From Schizochytrium sp. TIO01 (lineage: Eukaryota > Protista > Bigyra: Labyrinthulomycetes): 64,000 nucleotides of DNA. The translations under genes and the position numbers were made by a program. The notes beneath the pieces are model-generated. The model was not told the origin of the DNA, made no database searches, and was given only the letters and a program-made list of their open reading frames with translations. Numbering within the stretch: the stretch's first letter is position 1; each line of letters opens with the position of its first letter. The stretch lies in the NCBI GenBank assembly GCA_004764695.1, contig SMSO01000004.1:1612001-1676000 (forward strand). Reading direction: 5' to 3'. Below, piece after piece: positions 36,741 to 48,355 of the stretch.

Positions 36741-37223
36741 TGTGCTTGCTCCGGCTAACTCATTATATTCCTGCAAGAAACATTTTGCTTGGCGTTTTGA
36801 TGTTCTCTTTCTTTTGTTTGTTTACCTTCTATATACGCTTTTTACGAAACTTGCGCTTGATCCAAACTTGCTCTTTTTATTCCGCATGCTTATACCTTGT
36901 ACTTAACTATGATGATCTTGCTGCTCTCATGGACTTTGCTTTATGGTAACGTCTGGAGTATGCAGGAACATATGTTAAGTTTCCCTTGTCTCTTGTAAAT
37001 TTTGACATGCTCGGGGGGGAGCCGAAGTTTTTAGTTGCTGGGACTTAAGTTCAGCCACTGATTTTTCGTGCGTTGAAGAGGGGAAAATGCAGAAGTTTAT
37101 ATCGTAGTATTGAAATATAGATTTTGGAGAATGTGAAAGTTTTTGTGTCAAGAACTTTGAAAATGAGTTTAGCTTTAGAATGCTGGCATGGCTTGGGGCT
37201 AGGAAGTGCGTAGTTCATGGAAT

Positions 37224-38051
37224 TTACTTGTTGGGTGAAAGTCGTGGTTGAGCCTTGCAGTCCTGCCAAAACTCACCGGATTTGCCACCAAGATCCTCTG
37301 TAGCCAAGTAGGCCACAACTTCCGAGCCATCCTCAGGAGTGCGAGTGGCGGAGCTTCCACCCATGCGGGTAGAGCACCAACCTGGGCAGCACGTGTTCAC
37401 AATAAACTCAGGGTGGTCCCTAGCAAAGATACGAAAGTACTCGCGGATACAAAGCTTGCTCATTCCATAGTTATTAGTAGGGAAGCCACGCTCTTCGACC
37501 TTTCCTTCACGAACTGCGTTAAGGAAATCTTCAGCAATATCAAAAATCTCGACAGGCTTGAGGTCCTCCTTGGTGATTCTTTCCTGGATTTCTTTGCTGC
37601 ACTTATCAAAGGCCATGTTAGAAACCATGGACGCTACAGTAACAATACGTGCCTCAGGATCTTTTTGCAAGAAAGGAATCATACGCTCCGTAAACTTTGC
37701 GGTCTGGAAAAGATTTGTCTTTAGCGTAGGCTCAGCTTGCTCTTCGAATGTTTCCTTACTCTTTGAGTTGAATGCCATGCCGGCATTGTTGATCAGGCAG
37801 TGGATAACGCCATGCTGGCCCTGCAGAGCCTTAATAAAGGATTCCTGAGACTCATCACTGTCCAGATCGAGCTCCATTACCTCAAGGCTAGCCTTGGGAA
37901 ATTCATCCTGAAGCTTCTTCAAAGCCTCTTGTCCGCGCTCTGCGTTGCGTGAAGTCAAAATTGTATGAAGGCCTTCTTTACGGGCAAGTCGGCGGACGGT
38001 CTCAAACCCGATACCCTGGTTAGCTCCTGTTACAACAAAAACGCGCGACAT
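37224..38051 (-). CDS. Carbonyl reductase (CBR1-like) short-chain dehydrogenase/reductase, copy 1
   Basis: TGANQGIG, NNAG, VAS, YGMSK, CCPGWCSTRMGG; first ATG is 38051. Confidence 0.9.
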   Translation of the reverse strand: MSRVFVVTGANQGIGFETVRRLARKEGLHTILTSRNAERGQEALKKLQDEFPKASLEVMELDLDSDESQESFIKALQGQHGVIHCLINNAGMAFNSKSKETFEEQAEPTLKTNLFQTAKFTERMIPFLQKDPEARIVTVASMVSNMAFDKCSKEIQERITKEDLKPVEIFDIAEDFLNAVREGKVEERGFPTNNYGMSKLCIREYFRIFARDHPEFIVNTCCPGWCSTRMGGSSATRTPEDGSEVVAYLATEDLGGKSGEFWQDCKAQPRLSPNK

Positions 38052-39261
38052 CGTCTTTGCCAACGATTTCGATTACTCAACTACTCCGCTATCGTAGCCT
38101 GATACAGATTCGAAGACCTCGACTCTACGTGAATGAAAGCGTTTGGGTTTCTGCTTCTTATTGCACGTTTGCATTCGTAGCCTCGATTCTGCTGGCGGGT
38201 TTACATGAGCTTTACCGCGAGCATATCATGTGAGCCTGAATTATTGTTAACTTTAATTAGTGTTGATTATCATAGAACTATATAGAGTATCAACTCGAAG
38301 CGCTAGTCTTCTTTCCCTATGTAAAATCATAGCCTCACACATAATGCTAGAGTTCTTATCTTCGCTTAATACCTACCCTATCATCTTACTTTTAAATTTT
38401 AAAAAGGAGTCTGACTACTAGTTGAAAATGTAAGTTCAAAAGTTCTGAGGGTAATGCGAAGATAGTGAATAGTGTTTTGCTATAGGTAGGTAGTACCTAC
38501 CTATCCCCTTACCTACTTCTTAGACTCATCTTCTGTTGGTGTTTGTGTTTTTAAACTTCGGCTGCTCTGAAGAAGCTCATGTTCTCAACTGGTCTGAGGC
38601 TTTGCTTTGGTATAAGCTATTCAAGTTTTATCCTTACCCATTACTCTTTTTAGTCTGTCCCAACATCACATCACATTAGTTTCTTCGAGAAGATGGTGTC
38701 GAGAGGTTGTACGATACCTATCACGTCAAAATCGCAGATACTTTGCGGGAATGTGTATCGCCGAACGTCTAGCATGTTTTCTCCGAAAGCTGATCATCAG
38801 ACCTCAGCTAGTATTGTTGATCTTTGCCAGGAATAAACCTTGGATATCGTGGACTGGGCTAGAGACCAATATCAGATAGTGTGAAATGTTTTACTGTGAG
38901 ATGGGCACGCATCTTGAAGACCTCTTCAATCCATTGCGATGAGTTGTTGGCGTCCGTATGTAGTTCATCCAGACTTCAGTCACCGGATACTTGCTTTGCT
39001 GTGTTGACGCAGTTTTCACTAGCTATGATGAGCCTCGCTACATGCTGATAAGTTGAATAGAGAAAATGATTTCTACGTTTCAGTTTGTGTAGGTTCGAAG
39101 GTTTAGATGCGGATGAGGGTGAGGCTGCACATAAAAGACGCAAGTTCTGAGGAATTTCAATGAAGGGGAAGCTGATTTTTAATGCGTGTAATGATAAGCT
39201 ACTAGATGCATAGTGATGCTCGTGTAGGGAGGCATATCATAATTGAAACAGCGGCTACACA

Positions 39262-40092
39262 TCACTCAGAAAGCGCAAGCTGGAGACGAGGACTAATCTT
39301 CGAATCCTGCCAGAATTCGCCACTCTTGCCACCCAGATCTTGGGAAACAATATACTCTACTATCTCAGCACCGTCCTCTGGCTTTCGAGGAGCGGTTTCT
39401 CCCCCTAAATTGGTGTGGCACCAACCAGGGCAGCATGTCGCTACCACGAGCTCGGGATGCTCCTCAGCAAAAGCTTGAAAGTACTGGCGAACACAGAGCT
39501 TGCTCATAAAGTAGCTCTCACCAAATCCGGGTAGGCCCCTTTCCTCCGGAGGGCCTTCTCGGACAGCCTCAACGTACTCCTTGCCGATTTCCCAAATATC
39601 GGCTGTTGTGAAGCCTGGTGCCACAACACGCTTCCTTAACTTTTCATCAGCATTGTTGAAAAGGGCAGTGGAAGTTTCAGAGGCAACTGTGACGACGCGT
39701 GCATTCTTGAACTTTTGCAATAGGGGCAACATGCGGTCAGTGAGCTTGACGGTTTGAAAGAAATTGGTCTTCATGGTTGCTTCAGCCTTTGCAGCATCAG
39801 CATCAAATGAACCATGTCCAGCGTTGTTAACTAGACAGTAAATTTCAGAGAACTTCTTAGACAGATCCTCTACGAATGCCTCGAGGGATTCATCATCATC
39901 CAAGTCAAGAATCATCAGCTCGATGTTTGCCTGCGGAGTTTCTTCCCGAATCTTGTCTATAGCCATTTGACCACGCTCCTCGTCTCGAGCAGTGATAACA
40001 ACATGTAAATCGCTTTTACGCACGAGTCTGCGTGCAGACTCAAAACCGATACCCTGGTTGGCACCAGTGATTACCACAATTTTTCGGTCCAT
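39262..40092 (-). CDS. CBR1-like SDR, copy 2
   Basis: TGANQGIG, NNAG, YFMSK, CCPGWCHTNLGG; ATG at 40092. Confidence 0.9.
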   Translation of the reverse strand: MDRKIVVITGANQGIGFESARRLVRKSDLHVVITARDEERGQMAIDKIREETPQANIELMILDLDDDESLEAFVEDLSKKFSEIYCLVNNAGHGSFDADAAKAEATMKTNFFQTVKLTDRMLPLLQKFKNARVVTVASETSTALFNNADEKLRKRVVAPGFTTADIWEIGKEYVEAVREGPPEERGLPGFGESYFMSKLCVRQYFQAFAEEHPELVVATCCPGWCHTNLGGETAPRKPEDGAEIVEYIVSQDLGGKSGEFWQDSKISPRLQLALSE

Positions 40093-40510
40093 GGTTCTAT
40101 GCAAAAAGGTGATTGAAACCTATAAACCTATAAAACCTTCAGGGTTTCTGATTTATTCGTCAGTTGTGCACTGCAATCTCAACTATAAGGAATGATCGAT
40201 GAATGTCAAGTTGAGGGTTTGCTCGAACTCTAGGCACCATTTGCAGTATTTTTCCTTCTTTGAGGAGTACCTTTAACTCTATCTTGCATAGAACCTATTT
40301 CTGTCGTGCGTTCTATTAATAAACTGTGGAGCTGTGCGCCCTAGACTGAATAGTAGGGTTGTTTGTGTGCCAAAGGAACAAATGCCAATTGATCTAACCT
40401 GATTGAATACTGCCTGTTTCGGTTACTTTCAACTTGGTTCATGTATAAGATGCGCAGCACACACAATTTCAGAACCAAGTACATGAACGCTAAGAAACTT
40501 GTCCAAACTT

Positions 40511-40760
40511 TCTACAGGTTCCTACCTAGGAAGTAAGGATCATATGTAATACGCAGAATCTCACAATTTTCACCGAGATGAGGAAAAAAAAGACAAGCAT
40601 CACGCCATGTTAAGTTTCTCTGAAGCATAATGAATCAATTCTACAGGTTCCTCCTCAGGAAGTAAGGACCGTATGCAACACGCGAAATCTTGCAATCTCC
40701 ACCGAGATGAAAAAAGAATGCATCATGCCATATGCAAATATCGCTGAAGAACAATGAATC
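40511..40760. repeat. Diverged tandem duplication (~129-bp unit x2) upstream of SDR copy 2
   Basis: tctacaggttcct...aggaagtaagga...tatg.aa.acgc...caccgagatga at 40511 and 40640. Confidence 0.8.
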
Positions 40761-42252
40761 TTCACTAAATTATATGCCCAAATCTGAAACTATCCTTAAT
40801 TCAATGAAGCAAGCGAACTTGTGTAACTTGGAAATGTATTTACACTCTGCCATTCATGCATGGGACCATACAGGTTTCTCAGGAGTGCTGCTGCGACACA
40901 TTTTCCATGCTGGTGTGAGCTCAGGAAGCAAAAAGCTCGGGGGGAAGAGAACAGAGGAGAACATAGGCTGAAACCTGGAGCCAAAAATTACTTCTCCTCA
41001 CAAAATTGTTGTCTTGGCGAGTTTTCTGATACAAAACTCACAAGAAATATGGCTTCTATTGTGGGACGCGAGGATACTTTTAGCCTTATATCTAAACCTC
41101 TTTTCTGATTTTTGTTACTAGTTTTGACAAGAATGCACGTGAACGACTCTCCTCTACTTCCACTGGAAATAATGAATTGTACTGTCACTGAGTCTCTTCA
41201 CAAGCTATAGATAATATTGTGGAGTGGCGAGTACTAGATACTTTGAATTATATATATGTCAGATGTGTTGATGTATTTTAAAACGTTGAGTGGCGGACAG
41301 GATGTTCCCCTGACTTGTTCTCTGTTTGAAATGTTCTTTGCTTCGTCAAGGGATAGCGGGAATTCCGATTCTCGCGCTCATCTCTGCACGATATGATAGA
41401 GAATCCACCGGACGTATACTGCACGACACGTGATTAGCTCGGCTTAAGACTCCTTGCAGTTTTGGTTCTGCAGCATGCGCGAAGTTCTTTAGGCTACCAT
41501 TTTGTGATACGTAATAATAACCAGATTTTTTTAATCTTAAAAAAAAAATTACTTGAATAAATCTAGTAATACTTCTTTAAAAGAACAAAGAACAGAAGAA
41601 TTTGAACATACATACGCCCTATCATATTTATTTTCTTTAATTTCAAAAACTATATAGGTACGTATTACAGATACCCATCCTACTGATGTAACCAAGAAGG
41701 AGAGCTATAACGCTCTTTCTCTTTTTCTCTTTGTTTTTTAATCTAGGAAACAACTTTTAAGATGTCAATAGAAGCCATTTGTTGGACATATTCATCTCCT
41801 TCTATAATAGCTTCTGAAGAATGTACAATGAACCATTACCATCAGTACAACCCAGCCTGACTTCCTGCGTGCTACAACAAGTATTTCGAGATCAAAACGC
41901 ATGGGCGCTACCTCCTCAAAGGTTATAAAATGCTGTATCATATTTTGTAAAACAATCTCGCATTGTAAGGGTTCCATTTATATTAATTTTCGAGCCTGCA
42001 AATCACTTCCACCTTGTAAGGATATGATTCCTCGTTAAACTTACCACGTACGCTTTTGGCTCTCGTACATGAGAGAATAGTTGAAATTCTAGAGTAATTT
42101 ACTAGATGTCTTAGTAGTATAAACTTCCCTGAGAAATTAAGCAATATGTTGGGTGCACAGGCTCCCTTGACGTGGAAGTGTGCGGAAAGGGTTTAAAATG
42201 TAGATAATATTGGGTTATCACATATCTTCTATTAGAATTTCATGGCCATTAT

Positions 42253-43080
42253 CTACTCCTCAGGAATCTTGAGGCTGGGGCTCATCTTACATTCCTCCCA
42301 AAACTCACCGCTCTTACCCTCGAGGTCATTGACAACTACGTACTCAACAACCTCAGCACCAACCTCTGGGGAACGGGGAGCAACCTCTCCACCCATGCTT
42401 GTGCTGCACCAACCGGGACAACAAGTGGCGACCAGAAGCTTAGGGTGCTCCTTGGCAACGGCACGAAGATACTGGTGAAGACAGAGCTTGCTCATAGGGT
42501 AGCTGAGCTCGATCTTTGGGAACTTCATCTCTTCGAGCTTTCCTGCACGAGCAGCCTCCATGTACTCGTTGGCGATGAGCACAGCGTCATTGGGTCTGAA
42601 CTCCGGGGAGATGAGACGCTCTTGCAGCTGTCTATCGAGGTTCTTGAAAAGCTCAGGTGCGAGCCCAGAGCCAACAGATATAAGGCGGGCCCCTTCGGTC
42701 TTCTCGAGCAGCGGAGTCATGCGCTCGGTGAGCTTGACCGTCTGAAAAAAATTGGTCTTGAAGGTGGCTTCGCCTTGAGCGAGGTTGGGGTCCTTGACAC
42801 CGAAGCCAGCGTTGTTGACGAGGCAGAAAATGTTATGATGCTTCTTGGTCAAGGTGGCCACAAAAGCCTCCTGAGATTCATCGTTGTCGAGATCAAGGGT
42901 CATCAATTCAAGGCTCGCCGTAGGGGTCTCCTTGCGGATTTTTTCGATGGCAGCCTGTCCACGCTCCTCATTACGAGCGGTAATGATGACATGGAAATCG
43001 CCATTGCGAACGATCTTACGAGCAGTCTCGAAGCCAATACCTTGGTTGGCACCGGTGATGACAATAACTTTAGAGGCCAT
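42253..43080 (-). CDS. CBR1-like SDR, copy 3
   Basis: TGANQGIG, NNAG, YPMSK, CCPGWCSTSMGG; ATG at 43080 is aligned with the paralogues (the track ORF extends further upstream). Confidence 0.9.
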   Translation of the reverse strand: MASKVIVITGANQGIGFETARKIVRNGDFHVIITARNEERGQAAIEKIRKETPTASLELMTLDLDNDESQEAFVATLTKKHHNIFCLVNNAGFGVKDPNLAQGEATFKTNFFQTVKLTERMTPLLEKTEGARLISVGSGLAPELFKNLDRQLQERLISPEFRPNDAVLIANEYMEAARAGKLEEMKFPKIELSYPMSKLCLHQYLRAVAKEHPKLLVATCCPGWCSTSMGGEVAPRSPEVGAEVVEYVVVNDLEGKSGEFWEECKMSPSLKIPEE

Positions 43081-43420
43081 CGTTCTATGCACAGATGCTT
43101 TTAAGTTTACTTTGCTTTGGAATCTAATTTGATGGTTTGCCAGCAGAAATCTAATTTGGAGTTTGCTGAGATATGAGCTTGAATGTTTTAGCATCCGGAG
43201 AATAAATTTAAGCCCTAATAATTTAATTTATTTAAAGAGTAATTGTTGTACTCATGGTTGTACTCTCTGAACTCCAAGACTTTTTGATGGCACTGGTCTC
43301 CTTACTATTTGGGGAAGTTCTAAGCTTGCAGGGCAGTAGACGCTTGGCTCGACATTTAAATATTCATGGGCCACCTGGCAGTGAATGGAAACATTTGTTT
43401 GATCTTCCCTACTACTACCT

Positions 43421-43775
43421 GTTATAACGCACTTTAGGAAGTTTTAAATTAAGAACATAGAAGGCTGTGCATTGGAATGTCTTAGGAATATATGCAATAC
43501 GCAGAATCTCCCTATTTTGCCGAGATGAACAAAGTATGACCACGCCATACTCAAACTTCGTGTCACCTTATTATTAGAGAATAGTGAACGCTTCACGTTA
43601 TAACGCACTTCAGGAAGTTTAAACTTAAGAACATAGAAGCTTTGGCCTTGTGCGTTGAAATGTCCCAGGAATATATGCAATACGCAGAATCTCCCTATTT
43701 TGCCGAGATGAACAAAGTATGACCACGCCATATTCAAGCTTCGTGTCGCCTTTTCATTAGAGAACAGTGAGCTCT
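43421..43775. repeat. Tandem duplication (~176-183-bp unit x2) upstream of SDR copy 3
   Basis: gttataacgcactt.aggaagttt at 43421 and 43597; identical core aggaatatatgcaatacgcagaatctccctattttgccgagatgaacaaagtatgaccacgccata in both units. Confidence 0.9.
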
Positions 43776-44664
43776 ACACTAGGACTTCAAGGATATCTAT
43801 CTAAAGACAATCTAACTAATGAGTAAGGCAGCTGAAGTTGGTACTTTTTTTCGCTTCATGTGAAATAGGTTTATAAACCACCCAGGTCAGATTTCAGGCT
43901 ATTGACAATCTCCAACCATTATGACTAAGGATAAATTATACGATGTTCCATGAGCATGAGCATTTCTAGAAAAAAAAAAAAGACACAAAAAAGGAAATGA
44001 AGTGAGAGTAGGTGCCAAACAATGGATGCTCCTCTACTTTCTTTCCTGCGTGTCTTTTCTTTTTTTAATTAACTTAATTTTTAGCGCCCTCATTCGTTAG
44101 AGGCTACTCATTAAAAGTTTTGAGCAGTACCTAAAGTCGAAATAATAACATACACTACAGAAGCGGGTGCTAAACAGATACTGTCGAAACTTCTTAATTT
44201 TGCGAATAAAGAATATTCATTGTAGAAGCTAGCAGAAGTTGTACTGTGTGCTATAAAGCTTGAGCTAAGGATTTCACAGGTAGAACTTGACTAGATTTTT
44301 AATAAAAATCACAAAATACTTTGCATGATCAAAAATTTTGCGGGTCGGTGACAACACCCCAAGAAAGTTATAGTAATGCATCATCTCCACATGTTATATT
44401 GTAGTTAAACCGTTGTAAGAACCATCTTTTCATGCTTTTCTCAAACTTTCCCGAGTCAAAGTTAATCTCTCATAAAACTGACTGCACTTCCTTGCGATCC
44501 AGGGCGAGATAGTGGTTCCCTGTCGAATGACAATGCACTTATGAGAACTTAGATATAATGTTCACAGGTTTACATACCAGGACAAGCCTCCGGAGAGGGA
44601 ATTCGGGAAGTGACAAGATTTGATAAAGCGCATGATCTTTATATGACAATTTCAATGGAATGAT

Positions 44665-45492
44665 TTACTCTTCAGAAATCTGAAGGCGGGGGCTCAGCTT
44701 GCAATCCTCCCAGAAGTCTCCACTCTTGCCCTCAAGATCCTTGGCAACAACGTGCTCCACAACTTCAGCACCGACTTCTGGGGAGCGAGGAGCGGCCTCT
44801 CCACCCAAGGTGGTATGGCACCAACCAGGGCAGCAAGTGGCAATCAAGAGCTTGGGGTGCTCCTTGGCGAAGGCATGGAAGTACTGACGAATGCAGAGCT
44901 TGCTCATGTGGTAACTAAGTTCAATCTCAGGGAACTTCATCTCTGCGAGCTTCTCAGCGCGAGCAGCCTCCATGTACTCGTTGGCAACGACTAATGCGTC
45001 GTTGGGCTTGAACTCCGGGGAGAGGAAACGCTTCTTGAGTTGCTCATCACAGTCGTTGAAGAGGCCAGTGGAGAGTCCAGAGCCGACAGTAACAATGCGG
45101 GCACCCTCAGTCTTCTCGAGCAGCGGAGTCATGCGCTCAGTGAGCTTGGCAGTCTGGAAAACGTTGGTCTTGAAGGTAACCTCAGCTTGGTCAATATTGG
45201 CACCCAAGGCACCAAATCCAGCGTTGTTGACGAGACAGAATACCTCGGGATGCTTCTCGCTCAAGGCAGCAACGAAGGCCTCCTGGGATGCGTCGTCGTC
45301 GAGGTCAAGAATCATCAACTCAAGGCTGGCTGAAGGGGTCTCCTCGAGGATCTTTTTGATGGCAGCTTGGCCACGCTCCTCATTGCGAGAAGTAATAATC
45401 ACATGGAACTCGCTGTCACGAGCGAGCTTACGAGCAGACTCAAAGCCAATGCCCTGGTTGGCACCTGTGATGACGACGACCTTGGGAGCCAT
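44665..45492 (-). CDS. CBR1-like SDR, copy 4
   Basis: TGANQGIG, NNAG, YHMSK, CCPGWCHTTLGG. Confidence 0.9.
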   Translation of the reverse strand: MAPKVVVITGANQGIGFESARKLARDSEFHVIITSRNEERGQAAIKKILEETPSASLELMILDLDDDASQEAFVAALSEKHPEVFCLVNNAGFGALGANIDQAEVTFKTNVFQTAKLTERMTPLLEKTEGARIVTVGSGLSTGLFNDCDEQLKKRFLSPEFKPNDALVVANEYMEAARAEKLAEMKFPEIELSYHMSKLCIRQYFHAFAKEHPKLLIATCCPGWCHTTLGGEAAPRSPEVGAEVVEHVVAKDLEGKSGDFWEDCKLSPRLQISEE

Positions 45493-46844
45493 TTTTCTAT
45501 ATAGTATATTTTACCTTTTGGGTCTTGACAATTCTACTTGTTGCTTTGCTGGTCGATTGATATGTTGTTGCGTGAATTTGGAGTTTGCTTTCTGTTTGGT
45601 GATAATATCTGCCCGCGGAAATCTTCTTCCTCAAAAAGAACGCAACTTGTCTGCATCTTCGGACGAATCGTCTGAAACTTAGGCGAACTCGGGGCTGAGA
45701 GAGGTATCTGCAAATAGTAAAATCTATACTAAATTATCATTATTAATAATTCATACAGCGTTTGTGCTTTTCTTGTAGGCGTCATCAACTAGCGATTTCA
45801 CCTCCGCAATTTTGCAGCCGATTGACAAAACGTCTTGAGCATAGCAAATGGTTGCATAGCAACGATATAAAAAGTTCTCGCGATGACCCGCTGCGCTCAC
45901 ACTACCTAATCTACACCAAGTTTGTAATACATGCCACCTGCTTCCCAAGCTACATGCAAGGAAAATGAACTTCGTGCCATCTTCCGCCCGTATTACTGTA
46001 CCAAGGTATGTATGGGAGGCCTCCACTTAGGTGCTTCTATAGTAGTTTTACTGAACTCTTAAGGGCTGAAAATTTGCTTTAGATGGCCCAAATCAAGTTC
46101 ATAATCGAACAGACAAGAACCTTCGCGCAGGTCAGTCGTACATTTTAAGCCAAAGTTCCATCTTCCATCACTTATTCTCCAACATCGCAGCGCAGTAACT
46201 TTATTCTGCCGAGAGAACAACGAACCCACCGACGCCATAGAAGCTCGTTCAGGCCTCTGGTGGGAAACTTTTTGTCGCTGCGCATTTGAACAATGAACTA
46301 GGCCCCACACTTCTCACAGCCATTCATAGGAATAGTGCATACTTGTGCTGGTCTCAAACCAACAGAGTCGAGTGTATCCGCATACAGGGACGTCGGACAG
46401 ACAGCGTGATGACGCTTTTGGATGGGAGTTGCAAGGGTGTGAAGCAGTCTTTCTGACCCTGTGTATTGAATACCATAGTAATGCTCCTAGTATTAGTCCT
46501 CCACTATTGCAGTGTCATCCTTGTTAAAAGCATCTACGTGATGAACCAATCTCGATTTTCACCTGAGGGAATAACATGATTGATTCCGTGAAGTTCGCAT
46601 GCAACAACTAGTTAAGATTTCTTAAGTTAACACCACATAATGGTGAATGATGATCTAGAACTTACTAGAGAAGGCTTAACAAACGCGAGAAATAAGTAAT
46701 AATGTGAAGTGACCAGAGGCTATGTATGCACGTCATATGCGACCAACTTCTGTTTTGGTTCGATTCGTGATTTAGGTGAAGTCAAAGGGTGCAGGTTCAA
46801 GGCTCTTGGTACTAAGAGCTCATTTATACTTTGACCAAATTTAT

Positions 46845-48355
46845 CGGTGCTGACATTTCCAATCTAAGCAATCTGTGGAACTTTACGATAAGATATTGCT
46901 AGAGTTGTTGGCGTTTTATCGTAAATCCGGAAGAATACATGATTCATTTGTATTAAAAAATTAACCACCAGAGGCGTGGTTGCGAACTCAGGATAGCGGA
47001 GAATCTAAGGTGGACATACACATCCACTAGAATAAAATCTGGTGAAATTTGAATTGATGGATGAAGAGGCAAGTTGACCTAACTTCTTCAACTGTCTGTA
47101 GATCAGATTAGGTCTGTTTTAGTCTCATGATTGAAACATCAATAAGTCTGTCGTGAAATTTGATTTCCAAAACAGCATATCGTTGACTCTTAAAGCCAAA
47201 ATCTACCAACTTTTATTAACCTTCTTTAAACCATCTTCATGTCTCTTGCCTTCGTCTCTGTAGTCGACCTCTAGCTGACCAGATTCATCTTCCAGTCATC
47301 GAGCACAGACAAATATAACCTTCTAGATTGATAGAGGAGTTTTTTCACATTTTGCAGACACGTATTTATAACGAAGGTTTACTTTGAATATATACAAGTT
47401 TAAATTTCTTAGTTATTTGAATGCATGGATAATCTCTGTAAAACGTAATTTCTGAATCTGGTCTAATCGTTTCTAAATTGAGGTTCGCTTTTACAGTAAA
47501 ACATCTTTTTCTAATCAAAAGTTCTATTGGGTAGCATTGCTGAGATCTCCAATCGAAGGAACTAGTGGACAAGACATTGCTAGAGTTCTTGGTGTCCCTT
47601 TGTAAAACCCAATAGAGATAAGGTTCACATTAGAACAAGAACAGGCAGCCAGACTCATGTGGCTGCTGAAGCCAAGTACTTGAAGTGTGAATACACATTA
47701 CCGACACCCAAGCTTGGTTTAGCTTGAATCGATGGTTGGAGAAGGTTGGATAACCTAACCCCATCGATTATCTCTAACCACATTCAAGAATGTCTTAATC
47801 TCCCTAATTACTACATGAATCCATCTGTCCTGGAATTCATTCCCCAGGACAGCAGCTCGCTAACACTTAAATAAACCTTCTTATAACCTTCATCTTTATC
47901 TTTACAGTCAACCTCACGCTAATCAGTATCACCTTTCAGCAATCATAGCTCAGTAAAAGATTGCTGAGATCACGAATAGATAGACCAAGTGATCAAGACA
48001 TTGCTAGAGTCCTCGGCGCACCACTCTAGGCCTTTAAGAAACACCAGAAGAACCAGATACGTCGTTAAGAAGTCAAGGAGCCTAAGATCATAGGTATACT
48101 TGTATCTACAGTAGAAAGTGAACAAGGAAAACCTGAGCCTACGTGAAGATTGAGAATTGCGCAGCTTCTTTAGCTTTGCGTTGTATAAATCATATCTGTC
48201 TTAGTCCTCTTAATCGAATGGGATCAGTCCATATTGAAATTCGTTTCTAAATCAGCAAATCACCAGCGGCATAAGCCTCGGGTTTTAAAACCTCGTTAAG
48301 TCTTCTTCACGTCTATCAAGCAACCTGCCTTCATCTCATTTAGTCATCCGACCTC
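46845..48355 (+). pseudogene. Three tandem decayed copies (~46845-47300, ~47536-47945, ~47960-48355) of an unidentified protein-coding unit
   Basis: Recurrent aagac/tattgctagagt (~46890, 47571, 47995) and agtc.acctc....ga/aa.cag..tca.ct (~47262, 47907). Translation gives ELxDKxLLE(F/L)L...NLNxW...SxPLxDQIHL, broken by many stop codons. Confidence 0.6.

Noticed and set aside
43421-43775. Possible CRISPR-like repeat-spacer pattern
   Set aside because: Only two long tandem units, no unique spacers, no cas genes, and a eukaryotic context.
47555-47610. HTH-like GTSGQDIARVLGVP* reading with TAA/TAG at the same position in all copies, suggesting a TAR=Gln code
   Set aside because: The adjacent frame (ELxDKxLLEFL) is the one that stays continuous with the downstream conserved blocks in two copies, and TGA stops also occur. 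Decay explains this better than code reassignment.
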